Assembly (NCBI RefSeq): GCF_009914755.1
Contig: NC_060942.1
Origin: the human T2T-CHM13v2.0 reference genome, Homo sapiens
DNA: 64,000 nt
Direction: 5' to 3' (one strand)
The notes under the pieces are model-generated. The model was not told the origin of the DNA, did not search any database, and saw only the letters and a list, made by a program, of their open reading frames with translations. Position 1 is the stretch's first letter; every line of letters begins with the position of its first letter. Position numbers and translations under genes: made by a program. Shown one piece after another: positions 25,261-40,146 of this stretch.

Positions 25261-26449
25261 TTGGTGTTCATTAGTGACAACTGTGTAACTTAGCAACAGA
25301 CTCCACTTGCTATGTTATCAATCCCTCCTCTGGTATAGTGGTGGATTTTCACTCACCACTTGTCAAAATGATCAAACATCGTGACTTCTTAGAATCTATT
25401 TTAACAAGGGGAGGGGATTTTATCAGGATTTGCTGGACATTTCAGGGAAAGCCCCCTTTGTGTGAGTCTTGGTAAGAGGCTTCCTCTGCCAAAGAAGGAC
25501 CACTTTCTCCTTCCCTGCCATTGGGTGGCATGTGAGCTAGGCTAGTCCAATCACAGGTTTCGTCCAGGCCTTGCTTCTGGAGAGGGTGATAAAAAGTGTG
25601 AATTCACGGCATCTCTGAAAGTCTACTGGGGTGGGGCTGGGAGCGCACACAGCTTTGGAGATGGCAGTAAAAGATTCCCTGGCCCGACTCCAGGCCCCTG
25701 CCATCCAGACCCCTTGTGCCTGCCCATTCAGAACTGCTTCACCATCCCTTTTGTTGATGTAAAGAAGACATTTTTCACCTGCTTAAATTGACCATATTTG
25801 GCTTATCTTGCATTCAACCAAGAACCCAAGGGACACAACAAGTTTCACTATATTTTATTGCTCTAACTTAGGTCTAAATCTTTCTCTGGTGGTTTGAGAA
25901 CTCCACAAGATTCTGAATTTCTGTTTCTATGAAAGGCTGTTTGAGGAAAATAAGTTCATAACAGCCTGGGAATGGGAAGCCATAAAGAGGAGATGCTCTA
26001 GAAACATTACTCTGCTACCCTGACTTTGAAAGTCTTAGATTTGCAGGGTTATACAGAGATTTTTCTAGTTTACTTTTTGTTCTTATTTATCACTTTAGTA
26101 ACTTGAGTGCAAGAGTGTAGAATGAAGTTGTAACATATATCTCAGGGGTTAAAGAGCTGTTCCATTTTCAGATATCCTATCCTAAAAGAACCCATATATG
26201 TGTCAATGTTTTTGGTTCAGAAAATACAGGCAGAGTATAAAGCCATCCAAGAACATCCACAGGTGATAATACGTCATGGGCAATGTGAGCTTCATGAGTA
26301 TCACGAATAATTACTTGACTAGAGCCATACTGAGCACTGCCCAGAGACTGATACAAATGCTAGATTCAGCACTCAGTTTTTTATATATGTATATGTGATT
26401 ATTTTATATATAATTATACACACACACATACACACACATACATGTATAT

Positions 26450-26705
26450 ATTGAGAGCCAACATTTTTTCAGTATGTATTGTGTGTAAGGCACTGTTCTA
26501 TGTACTATACATGGACTCATCGCATTTTCTCCTCCTTACGTTCCAAGAAGGTAAGCAATATTATAATTTTATCCTATTTTACAAATGAGGAAACCAAATC
26601 TTAAAGAAGTTAGTAACTTGCCCAGATCACCACACAGCCAATCCATATGTGATAGAGGATTTATTTCAAGAACCTGCACTTTTAACCAATGACCACTTTC
26701 TCCTG
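26450..26705 (-). mobile_element. MIR
   Basis: atcctattttacaaatgaggaaacc..agtaacttgccca. Confidence 0.7.
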
Positions 26706-27329
26706 CCTTTCACCTGACTCTCTCTGTCTCTCTCTTCCTCCTCCACCTCCTCTTCCTCCCCTATCCCCACAGCCAGCCCTGCTACAGGGCCAAGGACTCT
26801 GAGGAAAACATAACACTGCCATGAGGGTAACCCCTGAAGGCCATGGAGCGCCTGCCCCAGCCTAATGGAGTGAAAATCAGAAAAACTATGATTCCTGGGC
26901 CCCTGTGGCCTAGTGGATTCTTCACTCCATGCAGGAAGCAATGGCCCCCTAGTTTGGGGGGTACCTTTGAAGGAGACTCAGGGAATAGCAGCACCCAGAG
27001 ATACCTTAAACTCATGTGTATTCTCCGCATCCTCGTGTGCCAGAGGCTTAATCAGGACCCTCCAGAGAAAACAGTCTTAACTGAAATCCTAAGTGTCATC
27101 TCCCCTCAGCCTGGGCCAGATTCTGTGTTCCAGCTAAGCTTCCACTGGTTTGGCTCTCTGCCTCTATGCAATGACCACTCACATGTGTCCCCTGAAAGCA
27201 ATTGGATTTATAGAAATGATGCTCTGGAAGCCAAGAGGTGCCAGTAAACAAAACTAATGATAGCAGCAACAACAACAGTTATAGCAACAATAATAACAAC
27301 CAATAACTTATCAGACAAATTTCACAGAT

Positions 27330-27500
27330 TATGTCATCCAGTCTTCCGAATAACCCATTATTCTAATGGAATTCTCATTTTACGTGTGAGGAAACTGAGG
27401 TTCAGCAAGGTTCCACAGTTTGCCCATAATCTCACAGCTAGTAAATTGCAGAGCTGCCATTTAAATCTGACTTGACTGGCTCCAAGTACCTTCTTTCACC
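27330..27500 (-). mobile_element. MIR
   Basis: attctcattttacgtgtgaggaaactgaggttcag..tcacagctagtaa. Confidence 0.7.
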
Positions 27501-28866
27501 ACTAATGCCACCATTAACTAGGCATAGGCCAGGGCCGTTTCGCTTTAATCACTTAAGGTCTCCATTTCTCATCTGTAAACTGGAGAAGCTGAATGAAATT
27601 TGTTCTCATATTTCTCTATCTCTAAAATTCCATGATATCATCTAAAGTTGGGGAGGAGCGAGTGGGAAAGGGAGGGTAGCAGACTTCAAGGATGATATTG
27701 TGTCATTTCAGAACACGGTCACCAGGTGACAGCATTGCACTTCATTTTGATATTGTTTCCAAGGACCGATTTTGCCATGCTGTAACTCCACCCATGTGCT
27801 TGTTACAAAAATAAGTTTCTTTCTCCTAGAGGCTTTTAGCTTAGCACTCAATTACCCAAAACACAGATCTTACATATCTTGGGACAAAGCCATACATCCT
27901 TGCACTCTTCTCCCAATTATTTTAAAATAATTTGATTATTCAAATTAAAAATATATATGTTGAAAATGGCCATTCTGGGGAAAAAAAGTCAGAACCTCTT
28001 TGACTGGCCCACACTTATTTTATCATTTAATAATCATCCTAAATTGCATGCCTTGGAGTTGGGTGTAGAAATGCATTGACTGCTTATGGCCTCTAGAGGC
28101 TCCAGTCCGGCTGTGCTGCTGAGGTCAATCAAAGGATTGATAAACGTGTGCATTTGCATCTTTTCTGATCTTCATGATTAGTCATTTTAGAAACATACCA
28201 CTTTTCTAATAAAAATTGTTGGCTTATTACCTCCAGTTGGGAGTGTTCTCAGCTTGATACAGACACAATGGTGAAAGCAACTTTTACTCTGACTAGAAAG
28301 AGCCTACACTTTCTACCCACTAGAAAACTTTTCTGAACACAGAGAAGTGATCAATTATTTATTCAAACACCAGACTTATTCTTCTGTTTTCAATAAGTCT
28401 AGAACCTAACACCCCTAGATCTGGGCAATTACCACATCAGAAACAAGGATTTCAGGGACCCTGTCACTTGGGTTTGTCATTAACCCGCAGCCAGTAGCAC
28501 CGAACCCCAAGATTCGCTGAGTTTCTGCAGCGCCCACCTGATTCCCGCTAAGGTACAGGCGCTACCATGCACAGTGACCCAGGAGAAATTGGACGCAAGA
28601 TTAATGCTGCATAAAAAGTCCCACTGTGAATGTCTTCCCTCAGCTGCAAGATTTCTGTAATTAGAAGGGAAATAAAACCTCAGAGGCATTTTCTCTCACT
28701 GTAAAATGTTAATTGACAATGCACCAAAGACAAAGAACACACCTCTAATAACACAAGGAGTGTTATTAAACACAGAAATTTTTACTCTATCTATAAAAAG
28801 CCATGAAAACTCTGGAAGCCCTGAGGAAAAGGAATATAATACATCCAAAAAAAATGGATAAAATGT

Positions 28867-29209
<343 letters not shown>

Positions 29210-30624
29210 CTATTTAAAAAAGAAATGGTCATAAAAACAAAAATGACAGTGGCAACTTACTCCTAACATCCCTGAGGTCCCCTTTTGGATCCCAAATATG
29301 CACACTCACACTAGAAAAATTCATGTATTTATTTGCCACGAGGAATGAAGGACACCTGACTTTTGCATTTCAAAATTTTCTCCAAGCTCCTCTTCACAGG
29401 ATTGAGAAAGGTGGAAGACAAATGAAATCTCAAATCTCCATGACCTCCACAGACCCCCTTGATTGTGTCTTCAACTTGACTGCACCTGCAGGATGTATTT
29501 TGATGATTCTAGCATAACCATGCTTAATTTATTGTTACCTCTTTTCCTGGTTTAAAGATTACCCAGCTGTTATGTTATTACCTCATTGTCTAGTTTTCAA
29601 AATAAATACCAATTGTTGCTCTCCTCTTCTTTGCGAGAAAATATTATATACCCACCACCTTGACAGAACAGTCATTTCAAGTCAACACCATTTGTTTCAG
29701 AAAACTTGAACTCTGACAACCTTAACCGAAGAGTGTACACTGCATCTATAAAGTAGGTGATTCAGGCACATAAAACAATTCCTAGAGAATTGCCTGCAAC
29801 CTCGACAGGCACTGCCTAGTATAAATTGTTGGTAATGTTTAATTCCACCTGATATACTAGGGTTTACTAATTCAGAACTCTGGATCATTCAAACTAGGTA
29901 AAGTTTTCATTCATTCATTCATCAGATTTTTATTCAGTATCCATTACTTGCCTGGCACTCTGCTGGGGATTAAGAAAAAGTAGGGAGAAAAGAAGATCCA
30001 GTGTCCACTCTCAGGGAGGGTAGAGGCTACTGCAAGTCTATGAAGGAAACCTACAGGGTGCTGTCTGAGCCTGGCTCCACAGAAAAGAAGAGAGGTGGAA
30101 AGATGAGTATTTAGGAATTTGAATTGACAGGATGTGGCAATTGCAGTTAATTTAAACAATGTGTCAAGGACAAGTTCTGAGTTTCAGTTTAAGTTTACCT
30201 AATTAAATTGATACCATTTTAGAGATGGTGACAAAGTGGTTTTTAAATCTACTGATAACCATAGAATTATTGTAGATAATTTACCCTTAACTTCAGAGTA
30301 CTGATTGCATCCAGGTAAATAATATTTCTGAAGTTTAGAAGTCTTAATTTCAAAATAACACAAAATTTTTAAAAAATGTAGCCCATAGTGCAATGCTACA
30401 AAAAAAAATGAGATATAAAATATAGTAAGGATGAAATAAAATTTAGAGTCTTTTGATTAGCACAAATCAATTGGGAGATATATTATCTGTAATCAATTCA
30501 TATCAGTTAAAACTACTTAGTTTTATTTGAAAATGAAACCAAATAATATAATATTCCAGATATTTGATACCATAAACACAATGAATACCTTTAACATAAT
30601 TTGGCATAAAAATCAAAAATTGCT

Positions 30625-31028
<404 letters not shown>

Positions 31029-31764
31029 TCAACATCCTCTGCTGTCTCTAGCTACATCTTCCTTTACAAATTGTGCTTGTCTATACTTCTGAAATATCTC
31101 TTGCTCTGGAGTGAATGACCTTTGTTCCATGTAGTTTATCAGATTTTCATAATATCAAACAGCTTCTGACAGAGTCATTTTTCATATGTCTATTTCAAAC
31201 CCCACCACGCTATCTGGATCATGTAGCTTGGGCCACTAGGACACATCCCCCGTTTCCCCAGCCTGGCTTATTACATTATTGTCATGCCCTAAAGGAGACT
31301 GTCATTTTGTTATTGTGGCAACATGATTACAAAATGGATGAACATGGTAGCGAAATTCTTTCATAACTATCCCAAGTGTTTGGATGCCTCGGGTATTTGT
31401 ACTCTGAAATAAACAAACATCTACTGTATACCAGCACCTACTTTATTGAGAACCTACGTGAACTCGGCACTGAGAAATGGTTCCTGTCCTGAAGAGCTAA
31501 TGATATGTCTGGAAAGCCAAGACTAATGCATATAAAACAGCAGTAAACATTCCGGCTCTGCTAAATGAAGCAGCAGCCCCTTTAAGTTACATAGGCTTTC
31601 AGGGAAACACCCTGGGATCCTGTCACAGGTACTTTGATAAGGGCTAGTTGTGAATAAAAGGGCAGAAAAATCCGTCAAGACTAAAATAAGTGGAAAAAAA
31701 ACTAGTTCTAGTACTCTCTCCCCAAATCTAAAGAAATCCAAGCCACTAAAGAATTGTTAAAATA

Positions 31765-32090
31765 GGCTGGGGGCAGTGGCTCATGCTTGTAATTCCAGCA
31801 CTTTGGGAGGCTAAGACAGTAGGATCACTTGAGCCCAAGAGTTCGAGACCAGCCTGGGGAAAATAGCATGACAGCATCTCTACAAAAAAATATATAAAAA
31901 AAATAAATAAATAATAAAAATAAAAAACAAAATAGCCAGGCATCGTGGCACGTACTTGTAGCCCCAGCTACTGAGTAAGCTGAATTGGGAGGATCCCTTG
32001 AGCCCAAGAGGTGAAGGCTGCAGTGAGCCGTGTTTATGCCACTTCACTCCAGCCTGTCCAAAGGGTGAGGCTCTGTCTCTGAAAATAGTA
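31765..32090 (+). mobile_element. AluJ
   Basis: ggatcacttgagcccaagag; TSD aaagaattgttaaaa. Confidence 0.92.
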
Positions 32091-32127
32091 AAAGAATTGT
32101 TAAAAGTGCCCATTTTTAAAAAAGAAT

Positions 32128-32298
32128 TAGGGTGATTATGATGTGTTCATGTAAGCTCTTCAGTGATAACAAGTGCACCACTCTGCTAGGGGATGTTAAT
32201 GATGACAGAGGCTGGGGGAGGGGCAGGAGGCATATGAGAAATCTCTGTACCTTCTGCCCATTTTCCTGTGACCCTAATACTACTCTACAACAATAAAG
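32128..32298 (+). mobile_element. L1MB/MC 3' end
   Basis: aacaagtgcaccactctg..gaaatctctgtaccttctgc..aataaagt. Confidence 0.75.
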
Positions 32299-32636
<338 letters not shown>

Positions 32637-34011
32637 TAAAGTTTTTTTTTAATATTCCTTTCAAAGTTGTTTCTCTCCAGGCCCTGGTCCCTCGGACAGT
32701 TTGGATTGCTCTGTGCTGCTGCATGGTTGGCTTTCTGGCTGGAGGCTGTATCTGAATCATCTTCTGCTCCATTTCCCTGAACATCACCTTGATGACTCTG
32801 TGTGTTCTACTTAGAGGAACTTAGCCTGCATTTCCCAGTCTTGCCCTGTGTCTCTCTCCTGATGAGCAGTGGGTGGATTTGTGAGGACAGCAGTCTGTTT
32901 CACTTGCACTGTGTGTAAATGTGCTTCCAGCCAGACTAAGACAAGCAGCCCTAACTGTTCCGAGTGGGTTCACACAGCAGGTAAGCAGGGGTTGCTCAAG
33001 AGCATGAGGACTCTGTCAGCTCAAGGGCAAGCCCTCTGCTTGTCAATGCCTCAGTGCATCTACCAGCGTGACCCGTGCCACAGGGTGTGTGTGACATAGA
33101 AGAGGTCAAGCTGCCAGTTAGCAGGGATGCGTTTGCATGTCAGGCTTCTAAAGGAGACAATCCTTTGGTCAAAGGAGCATATCATGCTCTGAAGCTGGAA
33201 TCACATCATCAGCTATGGCTGTTTTGTCAATTTATCCCAATACACACTGCTGTATTACTCCCTGCTTAGCATAACTGATGGAGAAACAATTCATTTTGGC
33301 CCTTGTCCCAAATAAATAGGACATTCAGCATCACATTTCTAGAAGTTTGGAGAGAGTAAGAGGAAAAATGTGCTGCCAGTGTAAAGACAATGTTGAAATT
33401 TTCAATCCCAACTCGAGAAAGACTTACTGGCTCCTAAAGAGCAGAAATTAATGGATATGACTGTTTAGCCACACTCTGTTCAGGTCACAGCCTACAGGTT
33501 CCAGCAGCAAAGGTCCACAAGCATAAAAATCTGTGTCTACAGAAGAAAAGTCAGCTAATCATTTGTGTAGTCCATTTGATTTTGCCTGCTGTGAGGTGCT
33601 ACTTTCTACCAGTTTCCATAGCACTGCAGAGGATTAGGGTTCAAGACAAGGGAGCTCATGGGCTGTTAGGGATTCAGAGCTTGGCAGATGCCCAGGCCAC
33701 CCAGTAGGTCCCCGGATCCTCGGTGGCTGCCCCTCTACCTCCTCCATAATGGGGATGGGGAAGGAAAGTAGAATATTTCAGGGGGTGAAAGAATCCTTGA
33801 TATGTCAGAAGTCCACAATTAATCTCTAAGAGACACAGATACAGGAATGCTTTAGAGGAGAAATAAGAAAAGCATGGCAAAAACAGTGTCATTTCTCCAA
33901 AAAACCATCTTTCCTGGTGGCAGTCCACCTGGACACTTTTTCTCCCTGTACACCATCATTGGCCAGATACAAGATTCAATCTGTTGGGTTTTATATCTGA
34001 TATCTCTTTTA

Positions 34012-34394
<383 letters not shown>

Positions 34395-34459
34395 TCAGTA
34401 ATTAGAGAGTCTCAGAGAGGTACTTGTCATTATGAGGCCTGTGAGTATTTGATAACAAA

Positions 34460-36540
34460 TATTTTATCCATTCAAATAACAGAATGAACAATGTGAGCAT
34501 GGATAGGACCCTATGTCATTTCTTGGGGAATGCAAAGTGTAGAGATGTTGTCTATCATCAAGTAGCATTTAAAAATGTATATGCCAGCATTTAACCTGAC
34601 AATAACTAAGGCATATATCTGTCTTTAGTGGGTAAAGCACTGAAAGCAGAGGAAGACACAAACAGCTAAGTGAGGACATCATTTGCTCCATGAAATGACA
34701 GAGGCTTATGACATAATGAGAGCATAAAGTGGGGCATCCGACCCAACGAGTAGCTATGGGTGGTATTTTGGAAGAAGTGGCCCCTGAGCTATACCTTCCA
34801 TAAACACAGGAGAAAGGTGGCTTTGGAAGTGAACAGAATATGGTGCCAACCTGGCTCCATCACTCCCACATACCCTAAGCCATGATTTAACCTTTCTAAG
34901 CCTTAGTTTTCTATGTAAAATAAGTCGAATAATATCCACTTTTCAGAATTATTGTAACGAATATATATTGTGCAATTCGTTCATACCTTAAGTAATTAAT
35001 AAATGGTAGTTTTTATTATTGAAAGAGTTTAGCAATATAAAGTGTAATATAGAAGAAATGTATAAATTGAAATGGTAAAAGTATAAAATGCAACATCAAA
35101 ATCTAATAAGACTTTAAATTGTGCAATTTGAATTTGGAAATAAAAAAAGTCTTTAGATACCGTAGTGAGAGTGGCTTTAGTCAAGTATTGTTTCTTGAAA
35201 ACAAATGCAGAAAATTAGAAATGAATGAGAATGAAGGACATGGAAACAAGGAATTTTGAAATGTTAATTGCAAAGGGAGAGGAGGATGCAGGATCGAGAA
35301 AACTGAAGTGTTTTAGATAGGGAAAAATCTTGAGCATTCTTATAGGCTATGAGGAAGAAATCAGGAGAGGAGTGGAAAAAGGACACAGGAGGAATAATTG
35401 ATAAAGCAACATTCTGGAATGAGTAGGTCAGAATCAGTTCTAGAATCCTGGTGAAGAAGTTGGCCTTAGCCAGAATGGAGATACCTGATCATCAGAGGCT
35501 GGAGGAAAGCAGGTAAAGATTGATGAGAGTATATTTGTCTATTTGTATTGGACTGGGTAGAGAGAATAAAAGAAGGTCATGCTTGATGGACTCTGTGTTT
35601 TCTATGGAGTCAGAAGCAAGCTCATCTTTCTAGAGTCAGGGCTTGAAGCAGAGAAGGATACAAGAGAATAATGCAAATTTGGAAATGGATCTGATATATG
35701 CGGGGCAGGAAGGTGACCAAAAGCAACAAAAGGTTTATCAGATGGTGCTAAGTTTCCTGCCACATTTGAAGACATACATATGTAGCTGAACCAATCTCCA
35801 TGGTTGCAGATTTCTCTCCAACAGTGCTCAGCTGTCTGGGGCTGGGTGTAAAAAAGAAAGTAGATTCAGAGTTTAAATTTTGCTAGGAAGATGGAAAGAA
35901 AAGTATGCAAGAAATTTGGAATACCGTTGAGAGTGTTGTTTAGATGATAAAGTGTAGGTCCAGGCTGAGGAATGAAAAGGGGATCATAGGTGGGAAGATG
36001 ATAGAGACATGGAGAAACAGACATGGAAGCGATTCAATGCCTAATAAGTAAGGCAAGTGCAGGAAAATCAAAATGTTCACCAGCCAACTCAGCAACATGC
36101 AGCAATAACCACTTGTGTTTAGAGAAGGGAAGATAATTATGGGTTAGGGTCTTCAAGAAACACTTCTCAGTGGGGTCAGGATTTGATAATCAGATTTAGA
36201 TTTGGGGAAGAGGAGAGGGAGTAGAGTAGTGTGGTGGTAGCAGAGGATTCATGCAGAAAGGTGGTGAGAAAGAAGGTAGGTGACGTATAATGCAGCTAGG
36301 TTGTCCAGCTTCTCAGAGAAATAGGTGAAGGAATTTAGACTTCATCCCATAAGGCATGACAAGGCACTGAAGTTTTTGAGAAGGGAAGTGGCAAAATAAA
36401 GAATGCTTTCATAAGTGTGAGAAATGGATTAAAAGGGAGACCAACTATAGAGAAGGAGAGCAGGTGCAATACTTTAAGTATATGGTATAGAAAGATTTTA
36501 TAGTGAGGAAATGGAGGAGCGTCAGCTGTGTGGATAATTT
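34460..36540 (-). mobile_element. Degraded L2 region with an embedded MIR (~34820-35010)
   Basis: GA-rich, with L2-type motifs (gaaggaatttagacttcatcc..aggcactgaagtttttgagaagggaagtggc). Confidence 0.45.
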
Positions 36541-36818
36541 TCCCAAATCTATTTAAACATCTACCAACACAAAAGAAAAGTAAAATATTGGCTTAAAAAA
36601 GACAACTCACAAAACACTTGTAAGACTTAATAACAGGTCATGAAACTAGATAGGGATTACACCAAACACTTTGCATTCCATTTTTTGTTTATCATTTTTA
36701 ATCCCAGCAAAATCAAAATATTCTCATTTTTGAGAAAGCCTCTAAATGATTAAGCAACTTGTCCAAAGTTACGCAGCTGGAAAATGGCATGGCAAGAAGT
36801 GAAATCCAGGGCTCTTCT

Positions 36819-37471
36819 TGTCAGAGCCATGTGACTCAGAGCAACTCCATTTTAAATAGGAGCTGGATAAAATGAGGCTGAAACCTACTGGGCTGCATTC
36901 CCAGATGGTTAAGGCATTTGAAGTCACAGGATGAGACAAGAAGACAACACAAAACAGAGGTCATCACCAACATGGCACATGTATACATATGTAACAAACC
37001 TGCACGTTGTGCTCATGTACCCTAGAACTTAAAGTATAATAAGAAAAATACAGGTCATAAAGACCTTGCTAATAAAACAGGTTGCAGTAAAGGAGCCAGC
37101 CAAAACCCACAAAAACCAAAATGGCAAGAGTGACCTCCGGTGATCCTCAGTGCTACACTCTCACCAGCACCATAACAGTTAATAAATGCTATGGCAATGT
37201 CAGGAAGTTACCCTATATGGTCTAAAAATAATCCACTCCTTGTTTAACAAGAAATAACTGTAACAACAAAGCATCATCAAGAAATAACCATAAGAATGGG
37301 CAACCAGCAGCCCTCAGGGCTGCTCTGTCTATGGAGTAGCCATTCTTTTATTTCTTTACTTTATTAATAAACTTGCTTTCACTTTGCCCTGGGGACTGGC
37401 CCTAAATTTTTCCTGTGTGAGATCCAAGAACCCTCTCTTAGGGTCTGGATCGGGACCCCTTTCCTGTAACA
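36819..37471 (+). mobile_element. MER41A-like ERV1 solo LTR inserted in a MIR
   Basis: tgtcagag..agagcaactccattttaaatagg..acctactgggctgcattccc..ggatcgggacccctttcctgtaaca; TSD ttct. Confidence 0.92.
36965..37044 (+). mobile_element. 80-bp 5'-truncated L1PA inside MER41
   Basis: caccaacatggcacatgtatacatatgtaacaaacctgcacgttgtg..ccctagaacttaaagtataat; TSD aaaacagaggtcat/aaaatacaggtcat. Confidence 0.92.
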
Positions 37472-38247
37472 TTCTGACTCCAAAAGTCCAGACTCCAGTA
37501 CAAATACAGGACCCAAAAAAATGATTAGGTTACAACAAATATTACACTAATATTGTATATAATAATGTTTTTATCTATTAAAAAGTATAAAGCTATGGAC
37601 AGAGTGCTATTACATATATTAATCCTTTTCATCTCTATTAATACCCTTAGGCATACAGAGAAAATATCATTGCTCCTGTAGAGGGGTAATTTTTATCGGA
37701 AACAGAATCTATTACACTGAAAATAGGAAAGGGAAGTTAGTAGAAATATAATGAATTAGTTGGTCAATTTATTTTAAAAATTACATAGATCAAGGAGAAC
37801 TCATGAAGAAACACAATGAAGAGAGGGAGAGGGCAGAACCCAGGAGAGTCTGCATTCGTGAGATAATAAAATTGAGGCAAGTCAAGATTATAATCGAACT
37901 GTGAGCAATGGATATCAGGTTTTTACAAGGACACACTACTCTCATCACTCTAGAATAAGCCCTATTGTATGAAGATAGCATTATAAGGAGGAAGGGCTAA
38001 TATAAATGAAGTAGAGATGTGTAAAGGCAAAGCAACACAATGTGCATTCTAGCTCCACTCTGGGGAAAGTTCTGAGAAGGAGCTTGGGAGATGGTTATGC
38101 CATTGACATGGCACAATATTATAAGGGGGAAACATTAGTAATATGGGCATACCACAAAACTTAAGCTGGGCCTCAAATCTCAGGAATTTTGGAGGCAATA
38201 GACTAATATCTGAGCTGTCTTTACTCATGGTCAGGGCAAATAATAAC

Positions 38248-38293
38248 CTTAATTTCTTGTCAGTGTCAATAGCATCACTGACAAGAAATTAAG
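38248..38293. repeat. Perfect 18-bp inverted repeat with 10-nt loop
   Basis: cttaatttcttgtcagtg-tcaatagcat-cactgacaagaaattaag. Confidence 0.95.
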
Positions 38294-38532
38294 CCTTTCG
38301 ATGCAGAGAATGAAACCATAGAAAAAACTTCTCCCTATGACCATAGATCAAGAAACTGAGGCACAAGATTCCATGATTTATCTATAAACATACAGTTAGA
38401 AAACCTAGCATTAGAGTTCTCATGATTGGTAATCCATGATTTGCTTCTTTCTAGCTATGAAAGAAAGCTTGAAAATCGTTTGTAGTGGTCCAAGGCATTC
38501 AGTTCATTAGCTTTTACCAACAGAAAAGGAAA

Positions 38533-38840
38533 AGCCTGGGCATGGTGGCTCACACCTGTAATCCCAGTACTCTGGGAGGCTGAGGTGGGAGGACCACTTG
38601 AGCCCAGGGATTTGAGAACAGCCTGGGCAACATAGCAAGACCCCCATCTCTACAATAAATTAAAAAAAGATAGCTAGACATGGTGGCACCTACCTGTGGT
38701 TCCAGCTACTTGGGAAGCTGAACAGGAGGATTGCTTGAGTGTATGAGGCTGAGGCTGCAGTGGGTTGTAATTATGTCACTGCACTCCAGGCTAGGTAATG
38801 GAGCAAGATCTTGTCTCAAAAAAGAAAGGAAAGAAAAAAA
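38533..38840 (+). mobile_element. AluJ
   Basis: ggaggaccacttgagcccagg..ggcaacatagcaagacccc; purine-rich tail. Confidence 0.9.
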
Positions 38841-39501
38841 GACACTTTCAAGGTTGCTTTAAAGAAAGATAATCTGGTGCAGAAAATGTGCCCTGAAATG
38901 CCTTATGTGCACATCATCTATTCTGGAACCGACTTGGGGTTGGATTAGAACTGCAGGTAGAAATCAGTGTGACAATTGGGGAGAACAGTGTGCCTAAGAC
39001 ATGCAGAATTCAGAATATCAAAGAACTGGGGGCTTCAGCAAGTGCATAATGGAAAGCACAAAGCCTAATGGAGCAAAAGATTCATTACATTGAACAGAAA
39101 AAGGGTAAGAAATCATTGAACGAATCAGTTGGAGTTGCTTCACCTAAGTGGTAGGGAAGTGTCAAAGCTAAAAGCAGACTAAAGAGATACAAGTGTAGAC
39201 CCTGTTTTCAGCTATTCAATTTTTCTATTTCCCAAACCCATTTGACATGTAACTCTTCAAATCACCAGGTTCCTCAAAAAACAAACAACAACAAAAAAAC
39301 AACAAAACATGAAGAAGCCAAATCTGGAGGATGAGTTTTCCAAATTAAACACTGAATATTGTTGTAGAGTAAAATGATACTGTTTGTAAAGAGATGTTTT
39401 TACTAGACATCCTCTTCCTAGCCACCTATTAAGGAATAACTAGAATATATATTAACAGCAAGACATCGGAAATTATCTTTGCACCTGACAAAATGTTAAG
39501 G

Positions 39502-40146
39502 TGAGAGGGGAAGCCAGCTGGGCTTCTGGGTTGGGTGGGGACTTGGAGAACTTTTCTGTCTAGCTAAAGGATTATAAATGCAGCAATCAGCACTGTGTAA
39601 AAATGCACCAAACAGCACTCTGTAAAATGGACCAATTGGCTCTCTGTAAAATGAACCAATCAGCAGGATGTGGGCTGGGCCAAATAAGGAATAAAAGCTG
39701 GCCACCCCAGCCAACAGCGGCAACCCACTTGGGTCCCCTTCCCCACTGTGGAAGCTTTGTTCTTTCACTCTTCACGATAAATCTTGCTGCTGCTCACTCT
39801 TTGGGTCTGCATTACCTTTATGAGCTGTAACACTCACTGTGAGGGTCTGTGGCTTCATTCCTGAAGTCCGCCAGACCATGAACCCACTGGGAGGAATAAA
39901 CAACTCTGGACACACCACCTTTAAGAGCTGTAACACTCACTGCAAGGGTCTGTGGCTTCACTCCTGAAGTCAGCGAGACCATGAACCCACCAGAAGGAAG
40001 GAACTCTGGACACATCTGAACATCTGAAGGAACAAACTTCAGACACACCATCTTTAAGAACTGTAGCACTCACCGTGAAGGCCTGCAGCTTCATTCTTGA
40101 AGTCAGTGAGACCAAGAACCTGCCAGAGGAATACATTCCAGACACA
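39502..40146 (+). mobile_element. 5' LTR12
   Basis: tgagagg.gaagccagctgggc..ccagacaca; 4 CCAAT-type units, ggaataaaagc box. Confidence 0.95.
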
